DNA of 64,000 bases from Schizosaccharomyces osmophilus (Eukaryota). The stretch spans positions 124,001 through 188,000 of the forward strand of contig NC_079239.1 of NCBI RefSeq assembly GCF_027921745.1. Reading direction: 5' to 3'. Shown in pieces: positions 46,363 through 58,064 of the stretch; the first letter of the stretch is position 1, and each line of letters opens with the position of its first letter. Under the pieces are notes generated by a model, which saw nothing but the letters and a program-made list of their open reading frames with translations, was not told the origin of the DNA and did no database searches. Made by a program: the position numbers and the translations under genes.

Positions 46363-47156
46363 ATGTCGAACAGAGTTTTCGAGGCCGAAGAAGTCGTGGA
46401 ACACAACTCTCCAAAGGACTTGTATATGGTCTTTGAAGGAAAAGTATACGATGTAACTTCATTTGCAGAGGACCATCCTGGTGGTTTAGACATCTTGCTA
46501 GATTACGGTGGTAAGTACTTCTCCTTTCGATCGTAAGTGAGGATGATAAAAAAAGCAATATTGCTGGAGATTGCTTCTTTGCCAAATAAATGAGACGCTT
46601 TTTTCTGTCTTGTAAATGGCTGTCCTTTCTTTAATTTTTCCCCATTTTGGCTTGAATTGATCCTGCGTTGCTTTCATTTGGGTTCTTATTTTTCACTTCG
46701 ATTGCAAGTCTCACTTGATATACAATCGGCGTTCAGTTTTCATGCAATCCTTGCTAAAATTAGCGCAAGACCAATTCTTACCCTTGTTCCTTCTTTTTAT
46801 GCTAACTTGTTTTCCCTATTTAGGCCAAGACTGTACCAAGTCATACCGCGATGTAGGTCATTCGGCTGCTGCTGATGAGTTATTGCAAGAAATGTATATT
46901 GGTGACTTGAAACCTGGAGCAGAAGAAAGGCTTCTGGAATTGAGACAACCTCGTACTGAGGAAAGTGACGCTCCTTCGTATGTATTCTCGCTTTTCGCAC
47001 ACAAGGAAGCAGCTGTATTGGTGTCTACTTTAAATAGGCTCCTTATGTGTCATACGTTGTTTTCTTGTTTACTAACGTTCCAGTATATTATTGATCCTTG
47101 CTTTGATTATCGTTCCTGCAGTAGCCGTAATTGGCTATATGAAATTCAAGGGTTAA
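46363..47156 (+). CDS. cyb5: Cytochrome b5 (3 exons, tail anchor)
   Basis: KVYDVTSFAEDHPGG and GQDCT..YRDVGHS heme ligands; intron 1 46511-46823; C-terminal TM. Confidence 0.92.
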
Positions 47157-47467
47157 ACAAGGTTTTCTATTTCAAGATTATGAAAATTCTTTTCCTATTT
47201 ATGATTCCGTAAGTATTGCGCATACTCGATTTCCACTATTAAACAATGACAACAAAGCTTGCTTTCGTTTAGCACGAGTACCGCTTTATAAAACAATTTA
47301 CAACAGAGTATGATTTCATGTAGCATTGGACATCAAATATTAAATTTATTCTTCATTACTATTAAATTATATTCCAAAACTGCATTGAATCCCAATGTTT
47401 GATTAAGTATTTTTAATTAGGAAAACCTGCTTTCCTTGGGAGTCGGGGTTTCTTGTATGTAATATGC

Positions 47468-48121
47468 CTAAGAAGGACTTTCACTCATTGTCGGCTTCAC
47501 TTTGGACAAGTTCACAATCATTTTTCCTCGAATCATGTCTGTGTCAAACTTCATACTCTTAATCTCCCGAAGAAAGAGGTCTAGCTTCTTTTGGATAAAC
47601 TCTCGATCTTGATCTGTCGGTGTACTCGTTTCATATTCCGGCGCTAAATCCAACGAGTTCATTTGATCCATCAACTCCCTTAATCAAATGTTAGCAAATA
47701 CATTTCTTAAACCGTCAATCCTTACTCATAAGTGCTTTCATCCTGAGTTCTTTCAAGAGGCTCCGTCCTTAGTCGCATAGAAAATACGTCAATGAATTTA
47801 TTCCTGACAGTGTTAAAAATTTGATTCTTCGTCTTTATATTTCTCAAATTCTTACTTTGCATCTTCGTAAACTTTGCTTTCTAGTTCTTCTTCTTTTTGT
47901 CGTTTCCTCAAGCTCATATCTGCTTCAGCAGTAGGGGCAGTTCTTTGAATTCTAAAGGTATCAGCGATCTTAGAACTCAAAGCTATTAATTGAAAACTTT
48001 ACCCTTCATTAGGGAGAAGCGGAGTAACTTCATCAATCTACGCTCTTGTTAGCTTCCATTGAGTAATGTTGATTTCTCGAACCTCATCAGAACTGCCAAA
48101 ATGTGAGCAGCAATTTCCCAT
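47468..48121 (-). CDS. lam1: Ragulator/EGO anchor subunit Lam1 (LAMTOR1/Meh1-like), multi-exon
   Basis: MGNCCS myristoylation/palmitoylation start, EVTPLL dileucine, short coiled coil; last exon in ORF 47468-47674. Confidence 0.8.
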
Positions 48122-48460
48122 TTTCAATTCTTAAACCAAAAAAGAAGCCAACTGTAAGTATATTGAAATGCTCAAGATTGGTCAATCGTGCTTTCGCGGT
48201 ATGCTGGTATTTTACAGGTTCTCCCAGGTTGTGTGCTAGTACTGTTTACGATATGTCAGCCGCGAAATTTATATGGCTTTGCATATTCAGAGAATCCGTT
48301 CAATTATGAGATATATATAATATTCTATTGAATCAAAAATATAAAACTTTCAATGGTGTCTCAGTATCATTTTTGAAACAGTCATTGTTCTCATTCATAT
48401 ATTTCATATAAATACCTAAAACATCTTTGCCTAATATACAAATAAAGCGTGCATTGACTT

Positions 48461-50642
48461 TTATGCTATGCCTTTAAGTTCCGTGTCTCCACTGAAAGCA
48501 AGTTTTATCTCATCATCCGCTATGGCAAGACGAACACGAGCATTTCTACTGCTTTTATTTTCAACGTATAAAACGCCGGTTTCACCTAGGCTGCTTAAAA
48601 TATAGTGAAATTCTGGACGACGTTGTATAAGTTGACCAAACTCGGCTGCATCTGTGCTAGTCATTGATTTTACCAAACGATCCACTTCTTCAACTACTTC
48701 GTAGACGTAAGATTCCGCAAACCCTGAACGACGCATGCGGTTAACAATGGCACATAAAAATACTTTTTGCATAAAAGATAAATCTCGCAAAACACGCTGG
48801 AGTGGAGAAGCAGTCATTTCCGTTATAGCTTGATGAATTAATATAGGGGTAACTTTTCCATTTTTGCCTTCTGCTAATTCTGAGGATCTCCGACAAATAT
48901 CCAAAGCTCGACGGGCGTCTCCGCTGACAGCAGCCACTTTTCTTGCAGCAAATCGAATAGCATCAGAAGAAAACAGTTCTTCATCTTTTACTTCTTCCAG
49001 ACGGGAAGCTATAATAGTTTCTAATTGGTTATGGGTATAAGGTTCAAATGGCACTCTTGAAAGACCTAAACGGGAGGATATGCGGTTCGACAAGATTCGT
49101 TCAGGAAGATCCATCGTATTAGCTACAGCAATAACAATAAGCCGTGAATGAGGAAGAGAAGGCCAATTAAAGAAATTATATAACACTTTTTGATTATTCG
49201 TTACTAGTTGGTCCAACTCATCCATCAAAACAACGCATGAACATCGATTTGGCGATGGATGGTTGAAGCGGTTATCTAGTAATTCCATAGCATGAAGAGG
49301 TGTCACACGTTCGCCAGTCAGGGATTCCCATAATGATGAATATGCCTGATTCGCGTTCGTTACCTTCATTCCATTAATTTCACAGAACGTGAATTCTGCT
49401 AGCTGCCCTTCTCTGGCCATTTCTTGCAAATTCCATACAACTTCATGTACAGTAGCGGTTTTTCCAGTGCCTGGTGTTCCAGAAATGTATAAGCATCCAC
49501 CAGTTTCTTCCTCGATTGCACTTTCCAAATTAGTGAAGATGGTAGTAAATTCATTGTCTCTGCATTGAAGAGTGTTAGGAATCGCTGACACATGTAGCAT
49601 GGCTCTCGCTTTTCTATGAGGCGAATTTTGAAATTCTTTCATCGATAACATTCGTAGTGGAAGGGGGGTGATCTGTAGAGGTTGCTTATAGCCACTATTC
49701 ATTCGTTAATAAGGCATTAAAATCATAAATTACATACGTTCTTCTTGGTGTAGACATTGCGCTGCTTGGCGTAGTCCTTGACCGCTTAATCCTTCTTTTA
49801 GGAGTTCTGGGTACTTCATACTCTTCATCGGACGAAGATACTACGGAGGAAGCATCATCAGAAGATGGAATTTCTTCTTCCTTCATTAGATTATAGTCAT
49901 CATTATCTCCTTCAACATCTTCTGAGACTGATCTTTTCTTTGGCCGACCTCTGCCTCTGCCTCTAGAACTCGTCTTCTTCTTCGGTAATCTAAGCGTTTC
50001 TTCCATCTCAACCAGCAAGTCTTCTATTTTGTCTAAATTATGAGAATATTCTGACCAATTGAGGGGTTCGGTATACTTGTTGAATTTTAAGTGAACTCCT
50101 CTATCAACAAAAAAATTTCGAGCAAAGTCGTCCTTTTTCTTCGGTGGAATCCCTTGTGGGAACCTTTTGAAAAATTCCTCTTTAGAATAGATATTGCAAT
50201 GTTCTATAATGCTCGACGTCGGATTTTCATCTCGTCCGCACGACAGGTATACTTCATTCACATGGCGGTCTGGTAATAAGTACTCTGGTTTGATTTCCAT
50301 GCGTTTTGCAACTGCTCTGCTATACCATATAGCTTCATAGTATTTCTCTCCCGAATGTTTAGTGATCGCTTTGTCGTATAACTCTGTAATAACACCAACA
50401 TAGAAGCTAGAATCCCCATCGTTTACAGTAATATCATCACCTAAACGGTATATAATGCCATCTCTCTGTAATTTCCGGTAATAAGATCGTCCTGCCTCAG
50501 TTTGAAATGGTTTTTCAGTCCATATACCATACGTCTGTTCTTCATCAATGTCGCTGCTATCTGATTCATCATTTGAATCAGCTTCTTCTTGAGGTAAATG
50601 ACGAATTAAAATTTGGCTTCTTAATGATTTTCTACGGCCCAT
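48461..50642 (-). CDS. orc1: Origin recognition complex subunit Orc1
   Basis: N-terminal BAH domain plus AAA+ (GTPGTGKT, LMDELD, VSGDARRAL); intron 49737-49695. Confidence 0.96.
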
Positions 50643-50995
50643 TTTCTGTGATTTTTGTTTTGATGAACGTATTTATATACGATAATGAACTTAGCCAAGT
50701 ATCGTTCGTATAGCGATTTGTGAACATAACATACACACCGTTTGCATGAAATAAATAATTCAATAAAACATTTTCATTTCAGTTTTATCAAAAGTCTTGT
50801 TAAACTACAAAAAGTTTTACTTCTACTATGCACTATTTACGAAACAATAATCCAATAGACGGGTTCAATATTATTAGCTTTTTGCAAAAGCAACATTCAT
50901 TGAAATAAATGAGAACAAATAAATTAAAAGTACGTATATAATTAGCCAGATCCCAAAGCAGATGTAGGTGTAAATGTCAGAAATAATTTCATCAG

Positions 50996-52266
50996 GTTTA
51001 ATAATTTTTCATATTTGACAAAGATGCGTTTGATGATTAAAGTGCGTTTAAAGAAACAACGATTTCATGATACGGAGCTTCTTGTTTGACCGAGATAGCA
51101 GATTTTGTACTTAAAGCTTTATTGGTTAGTAAGTGTTGCAATCGATGAATCGTACCTAAAAGATGACTGAAAGCTTGCGCGGCCACAGAACGCTGCAATG
51201 TGCAAGGTAAAAGTTCTGAAAAGTTCATATCTCCACCGTTTTCAAGTATGGCAGTTTTTGTATATTCATAGAAATTAGCGCACTCTCGCTCCATATGCAA
51301 GAATGTTCCAATGTTCTCTTCTTGAGTATTTTTGTAGAGAGAAAAATCTTCATCAAGCTGTAAAGATAATTCAGAGTTTAAGTGATCATGATACTGGCTG
51401 GATTCCAAAGCAGGCAAGAACTGCAATCGGTTATTCATCGGACTCGGTGTGAGTCTTTTACCATAGCGAGTATCAAGCAGTGGAGTTGAATGTTCACTAC
51501 CATTTTGATAATGACTTTTAGAAGAGTTTAATAGACTGTTTGAACGAGAGGAAGTATTCCAAGGCATATTTAATTCCAAAGACCCTTGAGCATCACGGCC
51601 CATTTCAATATCCGAATTTTCCAAGTTAGGCATTGGTAACTCAACATCATCGTTTTCCGGTTGTTTCGCAACTGGTTCAGGCTGAAGCTTACCAATCCAT
51701 TCTTGAATTATTGGATGAAATGATTCCCATTGGTACAATTTTTTAACCTGTTTTTTCTTTTCAGCTGAGGTTCCTTTTCGTCGCACATGTTTGGCTGTTT
51801 CAATGGCCTTCATTCTGTCAACATACGTCGACCTCCACTGGGAAAGGGTTTTCGTGCTCAACTCAATAGATTCATCAGGTTCGACTTTTTGAATTTTTCT
51901 ACGTTTAACGGGCTCTTCTTGAGGTTGCATATCAATGTTAGGGTCTACTACAGATTCCAAGGGAACCGGAAGAGGCAAGACATCATCATCCAATTCATAA
52001 ATACGAATTCTAGATTCTTGCTCTTCATCTCTCATTTCAACAGGGGATTGAGCATCGAAATGTTCTTCTTCGTCTTGAGAATTAGCAGGGCTAAGCTGTG
52101 GCATTTTATCCTGTGTCGCAATTTCATGAACCTCACCATTTTCATCAAATTCAAAGTCCAAAATCTCATCTGGAAAAAGATTGTTTGATGCTTCATAATC
52201 AAATCTCGATACAGGAGCATGGTTTTGAAGGCTAAAGGATTGAGTTGCGTTACCAAAGGTGTTTGA
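50996..52266 (-). promoter_or_regulatory. DSR motif cluster U(U/C)AAAC (Mmi1 sites) in rec8 transcript
   Basis: Ten sense-strand hexamers starting at plus positions 50996, 51028, 51046, 51084, 51376, 51526, 51538, 51903, 52183, 52261. Confidence 0.7.
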
Positions 52267-52930
52267 AGCTTCCGGTAGCGTTTGCAACGATGTCAAGTTT
52301 GCTTGATCAAATGAAACAGTATCATTGCTTAAGGATAGGTTAAGGTCCAAAGGAGGAAGACTAAAACCGTTCGACAATGTCAATTCAGGTACGAAGGCTG
52401 GGTCATCAGCGAGCATAAGATTGTCGTTGCTAATTTCATTAGTTATTATACTCTAGTATGTATGTATAAGGATAAAGTCACATACTTTACTTTTTCTACA
52501 CGCGCGTCAATATTTTTAGGAAGCTTGCCAGTAATGTTATCAAGTTCTTTGCGCAATCTCGAATGTAGCGAAGAAACCTGGGCTAAAAAATTGGTAAGTA
52601 AAACAGACATTTATATTCGCTGATGTCGAAAACGCGCGTCGTACATTGAAAAAAAGAATATTGATGGGCATAAACGCGTGCAACACCAATCATTAAGTTA
52701 CTACTAAGACGTAAAGCTAGCGGTTCAGGAGAATACGCGACAAATTCACAAGCTTCATCGATATTAACGGACATTATATCCTTTTTGTGAAGTTTCCGGA
52801 GAGAGTGTTTTGACCCCAGAGTAGCTGCGAGCCTGAAAATATTAGTATACATTTCAATTACAACAACTATTTACCAAACAACACCCATTCCTCCTTTCTT
52901 TTTGGTCAGGACGTATTGATCGTAAAACAT
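51037..52930 (-). CDS. rec8: Meiotic cohesin kleisin Rec8 (multi-exon)
   Basis: MFYDQYVLTKKKGGMGVVWLAATLG, PLALRLSSNLMIG, C-terminal RSVAAQAFSHLL..KQEAPY winged helix. Confidence 0.94.
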
Positions 52931-52942
52931 GGTTTTGGTGAA

Positions 52943-52948
52943 ACGCGT
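52943..52948. promoter_or_regulatory. MCB element just upstream of rec8 ATG
   Basis: ACGCGT 13 nt from the start codon; S. pombe rec8 is MCB-regulated. Confidence 0.55.
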
Positions 52949-53368
52949 CTGCCCAGTACTAATTATATTAAACGACAGGAATATAGCGTATTTGAGTGCA
53001 TTCCTATATGTGAAGCTTGGGTAGTTCATTACAAAACAGAAATAAACAGTAGCTTTGCAAGATTGTATATGTGCAAGCTACTTTGAAAATTTGGTAGGAA
53101 ACTTACGAAGTACAAGCTTATAGGAAGTTTCACTAACCTTAAGCTACGTACATTCCTATATAATGACGATCAGGTTTTGATATATTTCATTGACTCTTTA
53201 AGATTAGCTTAGCGTGCTTGCTCATAGTTGAAACAAACTATAACAAAGAGGACTGTAAAAGGAACGATCACGCGCTAATTTACAAATCAGGAAGTAATGA
53301 ATACCTGACTGTTTAGCAAGAGCTTGTCTGGGTCGACAAAGACCTATGAGATGAGTAATATAGCGAAT

Positions 53369-53896
53369 TTACATAATACTCAAATCGCCGAACTTTTCGC
53401 GGTAACCAGGAACAACCCATTTACCCTTTGTGACCATAGTTTCGACAATCTTTTCAACTTCAGGGACAGCAGTCTTCATATCTTCGATAGTAATTTCACT
53501 GGTAGGACGAGCTTGTTCAATGTTCTTCAAAGTAGTGCTCAAGCTTCCTAATTCATTCTTGACCATCTCAACGTTCTTTTTGGCACTACCGACAGCCTTG
53601 CCTTCAAAAGCGTTAATTGCCTTCAACTGAGAATCTAAATTAATCTTTACTGGCTTGAAAGATGTCACAGAAGACTCAATACGGTTTACGATTTCTTGGT
53701 TCTTCAGCACTTGACGGTAAGAAGCAAAGTCGACGGTTGTAAGTTGTTCCTTCAAAGTGCCAAGTCTTGCAGCAGCTTGGGCATGACGAGAACGGAAGTT
53801 GACAAGGGTAGAAGCAGTACTAGCGTCCAATTTCAACTTACTAGGGATGGCTGCCCAATCCACAGCTTTAACAGCAGAACTAACAGATTTAGACAT
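53369..53896 (-). CDS. atp7: F1Fo ATP synthase subunit d
   Basis: VDWAAI, VDFASYRQVLKN, KGKWVVPGYREKFGDL. Confidence 0.95.
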   Translation of the reverse strand: MSKSVSSAVKAVDWAAIPSKLKLDASTASTLVNFRSRHAQAAARLGTLKEQLTTVDFASYRQVLKNQEIVNRIESSVTSFKPVKINLDSQLKAINAFEGKAVGSAKKNVEMVKNELGSLSTTLKNIEQARPTSEITIEDMKTAVPEVEKIVETMVTKGKWVVPGYREKFGDLSIM

Positions 53897-54555
53897 TGCG
53901 AATTTGTAAAGCTAAAACAATTAAGCAAAATACAGTGTTTTTCAAAAGGTCAACGAGCCGAAGACACAAACTGCAGACTACTTATGAGAGAGGGGGAGAG
54001 AGTAAGTTACCGTTGTGTGAAGCACGTCTCTTCTTAAGAGTCGAACTAGGATTCCATAACATGAGCAATAAAAAATATATGCGTACAAAACATAATACTT
54101 GAAAGAGAATTAATATATTTTGATTATTTTTCAATTCATGAAAAACCCATAAAAGCAGCTTTCTTCACAGCTTTATTATAACAATATTATAGGATGCTAC
54201 CCTAGTTTATAATTACAAAGAGGCAAGCAAAATTTCAGAAATTTCAGGATCTAAGAAAAAGTAGGTTCATCTTTCATTTCATTCTTTAGTGATGAATGAA
54301 TTATTCGAAACTGTCGAGATTGCTGAGAAAGCCATCCCGGCACCTTTTCGGCTTGCTTATTTTCATAGATTTTGTACTATGGTAGATACATTTCAAAATC
54401 GTACAGCACAATGTATGTATATATAGAATAGATTAAATGATTTAATATTTCAAAAAAGTTACATACAAACAATATGTTAAGATTCCATTTCATTTCAGTT
54501 CTCCATTATGACTGAAAATCATATACACAAAAGCAAACGCAAAAAGTATTACAAT

Positions 54556-55229
54556 TTATTCTCGAAGACGAGCCTCTAGCTCAGCCTTACGAGCAGCGCG
54601 AAGACTCTTAATGTCGTCTTGTTTAGCGTTGTAGCCAACATTGAGCTATAAAAAGGCGTCAGAGTAAAGTTATGATTATGAGATGCTTTACTTACCTTGT
54701 TGAAAGGGTTGTTGGGATGCTTTTGGAACTCTTTATACATGATATCTTCATATTGGTTAAGCCTAAGACCAGGGCTTTCCTTACGAAGTTCAGGAAGTCG
54801 TGATTCTTTATATTCGTTCAACGCAGGCTTGAAGCGGCGTTCAGGATGGCGATCGATTTTATCCTTTGGGCCAGAGTCTAAATTAAGTAAATCCAACGCC
54901 TCATCAACGTTGCGAGCGCTATACGAGGCGGGCTGAGCAGGTTCCTCCAGAAAAGCATCCAAAGATAAATCTTTACCAGCACCGGCCTTTTTACCTTTCC
55001 CACCTTTCGATGGCAGGCTAGCCAGTTCCTCTTGCTCGAGACGAGCACGCTCTGCTTTTTTCTGGGCCGCCTGTCGTCGTTTTTCCTCTTCTTGCTCCTT
55101 CTTATTATTACCCTTTGCTCCTTTCGACCATCTTTCACTTTCTTCGACTTCCTTCTTCTTCGCTTCAATTTCGTCTTTTCTACCTTTGGCAGCTTCGGCC
55201 TTTTCTGATCTCTTCTTAGGATTTCCCAT
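54556..55229 (-). CDS. oxs1: CCDC124/Lso2 family protein (Oxs1), 2 exons
   Basis: MGNPKKRSEK, DKIDRHPERRFK, PGLRLNQY, KHPNNPFN; terminal exon ends at 54556. Confidence 0.88.
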
Positions 55230-56525
55230 ATTTCGTGATATGTGAAAAAGCTCAACTATGCGATCCGGCAGATGGAAGCTTTTGAGATCTGATAAAAATC
55301 TGATTTTGAAGCCAACATTATTCAAAGCAATTAACAGAAACGATTTAAAAAATCCGAATTGTTTTATTTTTATTTTTATGTATATGTATATATACTTTTT
55401 CTTTTGCAATTTGTCTGCCTTGCCTTCAAAGACCTGACCTTACTCCAGCAAGAGACTTTACGAGAAATAATCGTCAGAGTGAAATAAGCTTATGAGAATT
55501 TTTGCGTTGCCTTTCAAGCCCTTTATGGGACGAATGAAATGGATGGCCCATGAATGACCACTAAAATTCCCATGAAAAAGACATTTAACAAAAAATTGAC
55601 CTAAAATTGGGAATCTCCTGGGGTTCTTGAACTTCTCCCCAGAAAAGTTCTTTTTCAAAGAACCCAACACGAGGTAACATATTGGAGTACAATATCGTTC
55701 TATTACAGATTACGACGATGCATATTATTTTACAAGATTGAATGGATCGAGTAATATGATATTTGGAATTAGAAAAGTCATTATCATTTCTCTTTATGGA
55801 ATTACGAAGGATGGAAAGGAAGAAGGAAATTATTTTTCGAAAGTTACTAGCCGAGGCAAACAAATCGTTTGGTTGATTAACGAAACAGGATTCAAGACCG
55901 AAGATTTATCACTCGGTTTCTCGTCTCGTCTTTTAATATGCGAATTCATGAATTCACATACTGATCATCAAATGCAGTAAAGTCTACTTTGTATGAAGAT
56001 ATGAATAGACGTTTTCCTTGATGCCTTCTTTGTCATTTATTTACATCAACTTTATAATGTAAAATAGCGATACCGCGTTGAGGATTCCTTGAATTCTTTG
56101 GCCATATAACATCTCAAACATTGAAAACTCAAAAAAATCCGTTTTCAGTTTCATTTTTATGAAAATACTGCTACATTGAATAAAAATTCTGAAGGATTCC
56201 ATCGGTATTAAGTACTTTTTGTCAATCCCGACTCTTGTACTTCGTTTCGAGTTCCCTGTAGTCTGAACTCGAAAACTTGCATAGTTCTTACGATAGAAAC
56301 TTCCAGCAGCTTAGTTCATCTCCTCGAACTTTCTTTTCATTCATTCAGGATTTTTTCAATACCGGCTAACTCAAATATCTACCTTGCTTATCGATTACTT
56401 ACAGCTTGGGTCTATTGGTTTCTACTTCTCCTGCTTCCAGTGTCGGGTCCTTTTGATTGTAATTGTATACACCCAGATATATATGTCAAGTATCCCATTC
56501 TTAATACGGTGATCTCATTCGCAGT

Positions 56526-56921
56526 ATGAGTTTTCTCAACTCTTGGAGAGCGTCGAAATATACAATCAAGCAGAAGCCAGACGACGTTGAACTTCCGGAA
56601 AGTGCTTCTGTGCTTCCTGCAACTGTACAATTTTTCGTAAAAGAATTTATTTCGTCTCTTGTAAGCCCCGTTCATCCCCAACTATTATCTCCTGATGATT
56701 TAACAAACACCTTTTACAATTTTTACAAAAAAACAGATGAATTCATGCTTTCAACTCTAATTCCCAATCCTGAATCCCCAAGCCATGATGTGCCTTTACT
56801 TTCCCCCGAGGAAATGGAAACCCAGAAAATGGCAAAGCAGCATCTTGTAAAGCAAAAAGATGAATGGATGAATATCATTGAAGGTATTGTATGTGAATCT
56901 TTATATGACAGGTAAGCTATC

Positions 56922-56956
<35 letters not shown>

Positions 56957-57803
56957 TTGTTTTTCATTCTAATGTGTATCTAGGCTTTTTTGTTTAAGCA
57001 CAAGCACCGATGAAAATAAAGATGACCTTCTCAAGAAGTTTGCCTGTTCAGATGAAAAAAATGGTTTGTTGGACTGTCTTTCCATCGAAGAGGAGGTCAA
57101 AAAACGTCTTGAAAACATCGCAGAAACTTTTTTTACTCTCAATAGACTGAAAACTCCTTTGCTAAAACTGAATGTTTTTATGAATGTTAACGAGAAAATT
57201 GTGGAGGCCTCTAATTTACCAAAAGAAGAAATGAATGCTGATAATTTATTAAACCTTACTATCTTTTGCATTTTATCATTTCAAGGTTCACAGTTGTTGT
57301 CTCATTTGAATTTTGTCTTGCGTTTTCGAAACCCAGACTACTTGACGGGAGAACAAAAATATTGTCTTACAACATTTGAAGCTGCACTTTCTTTTGTTCT
57401 TCGGGCTTGTCCAAATCTGCTGACGCACTGTCCCATGCAGCCAGCGGACGATCCTCTTTCATTAGAGGCGTCTACCAAGGAAGAGCTTCCGTCTTCCGAA
57501 AATGCTGTGTCAGACCTCGAAGCAAATAACGAGCAACGATCTTCGCTTTCAAATCTACGCGGCTTGGGAGTAGCTCTCGAAAAGTCTTATCTGTCTTTTG
57601 TCAACAGAGTAGCCGGGCATGCTCTTCGTAACTCTACTTTGTCGACAGACAATGTCGTTTCTGTTGATGATCCACCTCTTGAACGGTTTCTTACTATGCC
57701 AGACGCCTCTGAACTAAAACTTAACGAAATCAATATTCTACTTGCAGATTATAAACGTTTGGCTCGTCTACTTTTTGACAAACAAGCCGAAAATTCGACC
57801 TGA
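56526..57803 (+). CDS. vps902: VPS9-domain Rab5 GEF (2 exons; start codon uncertain)
   Basis: [29 protein letters not shown]9 motifs; intron 56912-56983. Confidence 0.82.
56925..56953 (+). repeat. Poly(T)29 tract inside vps902 intron
   Basis: 29 consecutive T. Confidence 0.9.
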
Positions 57804-58064
57804 TTTGCTCACGATTTTGGAAATGCTACAAAGTCATTGCGTAACGATTTTAATGTCCCCTTTAATCTTTTATAATTGTTTATAAACATTAAATTGTCTT
57901 TCTCTGCTTGTTTAATCTGTAATTCATGATTTGTTAGTTTTTCAAGTGGTTACCGTAGTCTAGTGTAATCCATAAAATTGTGTCGCATATATTATACTAT
58001 GCCTTCGTTTTATTTACAAGTAAACTTCTTCATAAATTTATAATGCCCAAGTAGCATTGCGGCT

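Noticed and set aside
46511..46823. Unusually long (313 nt) cyb5 intron as a snoRNA host
   Set aside because: Only a weak C-box-like GGATGATA; no matching CTGA D box or terminal stem seen.
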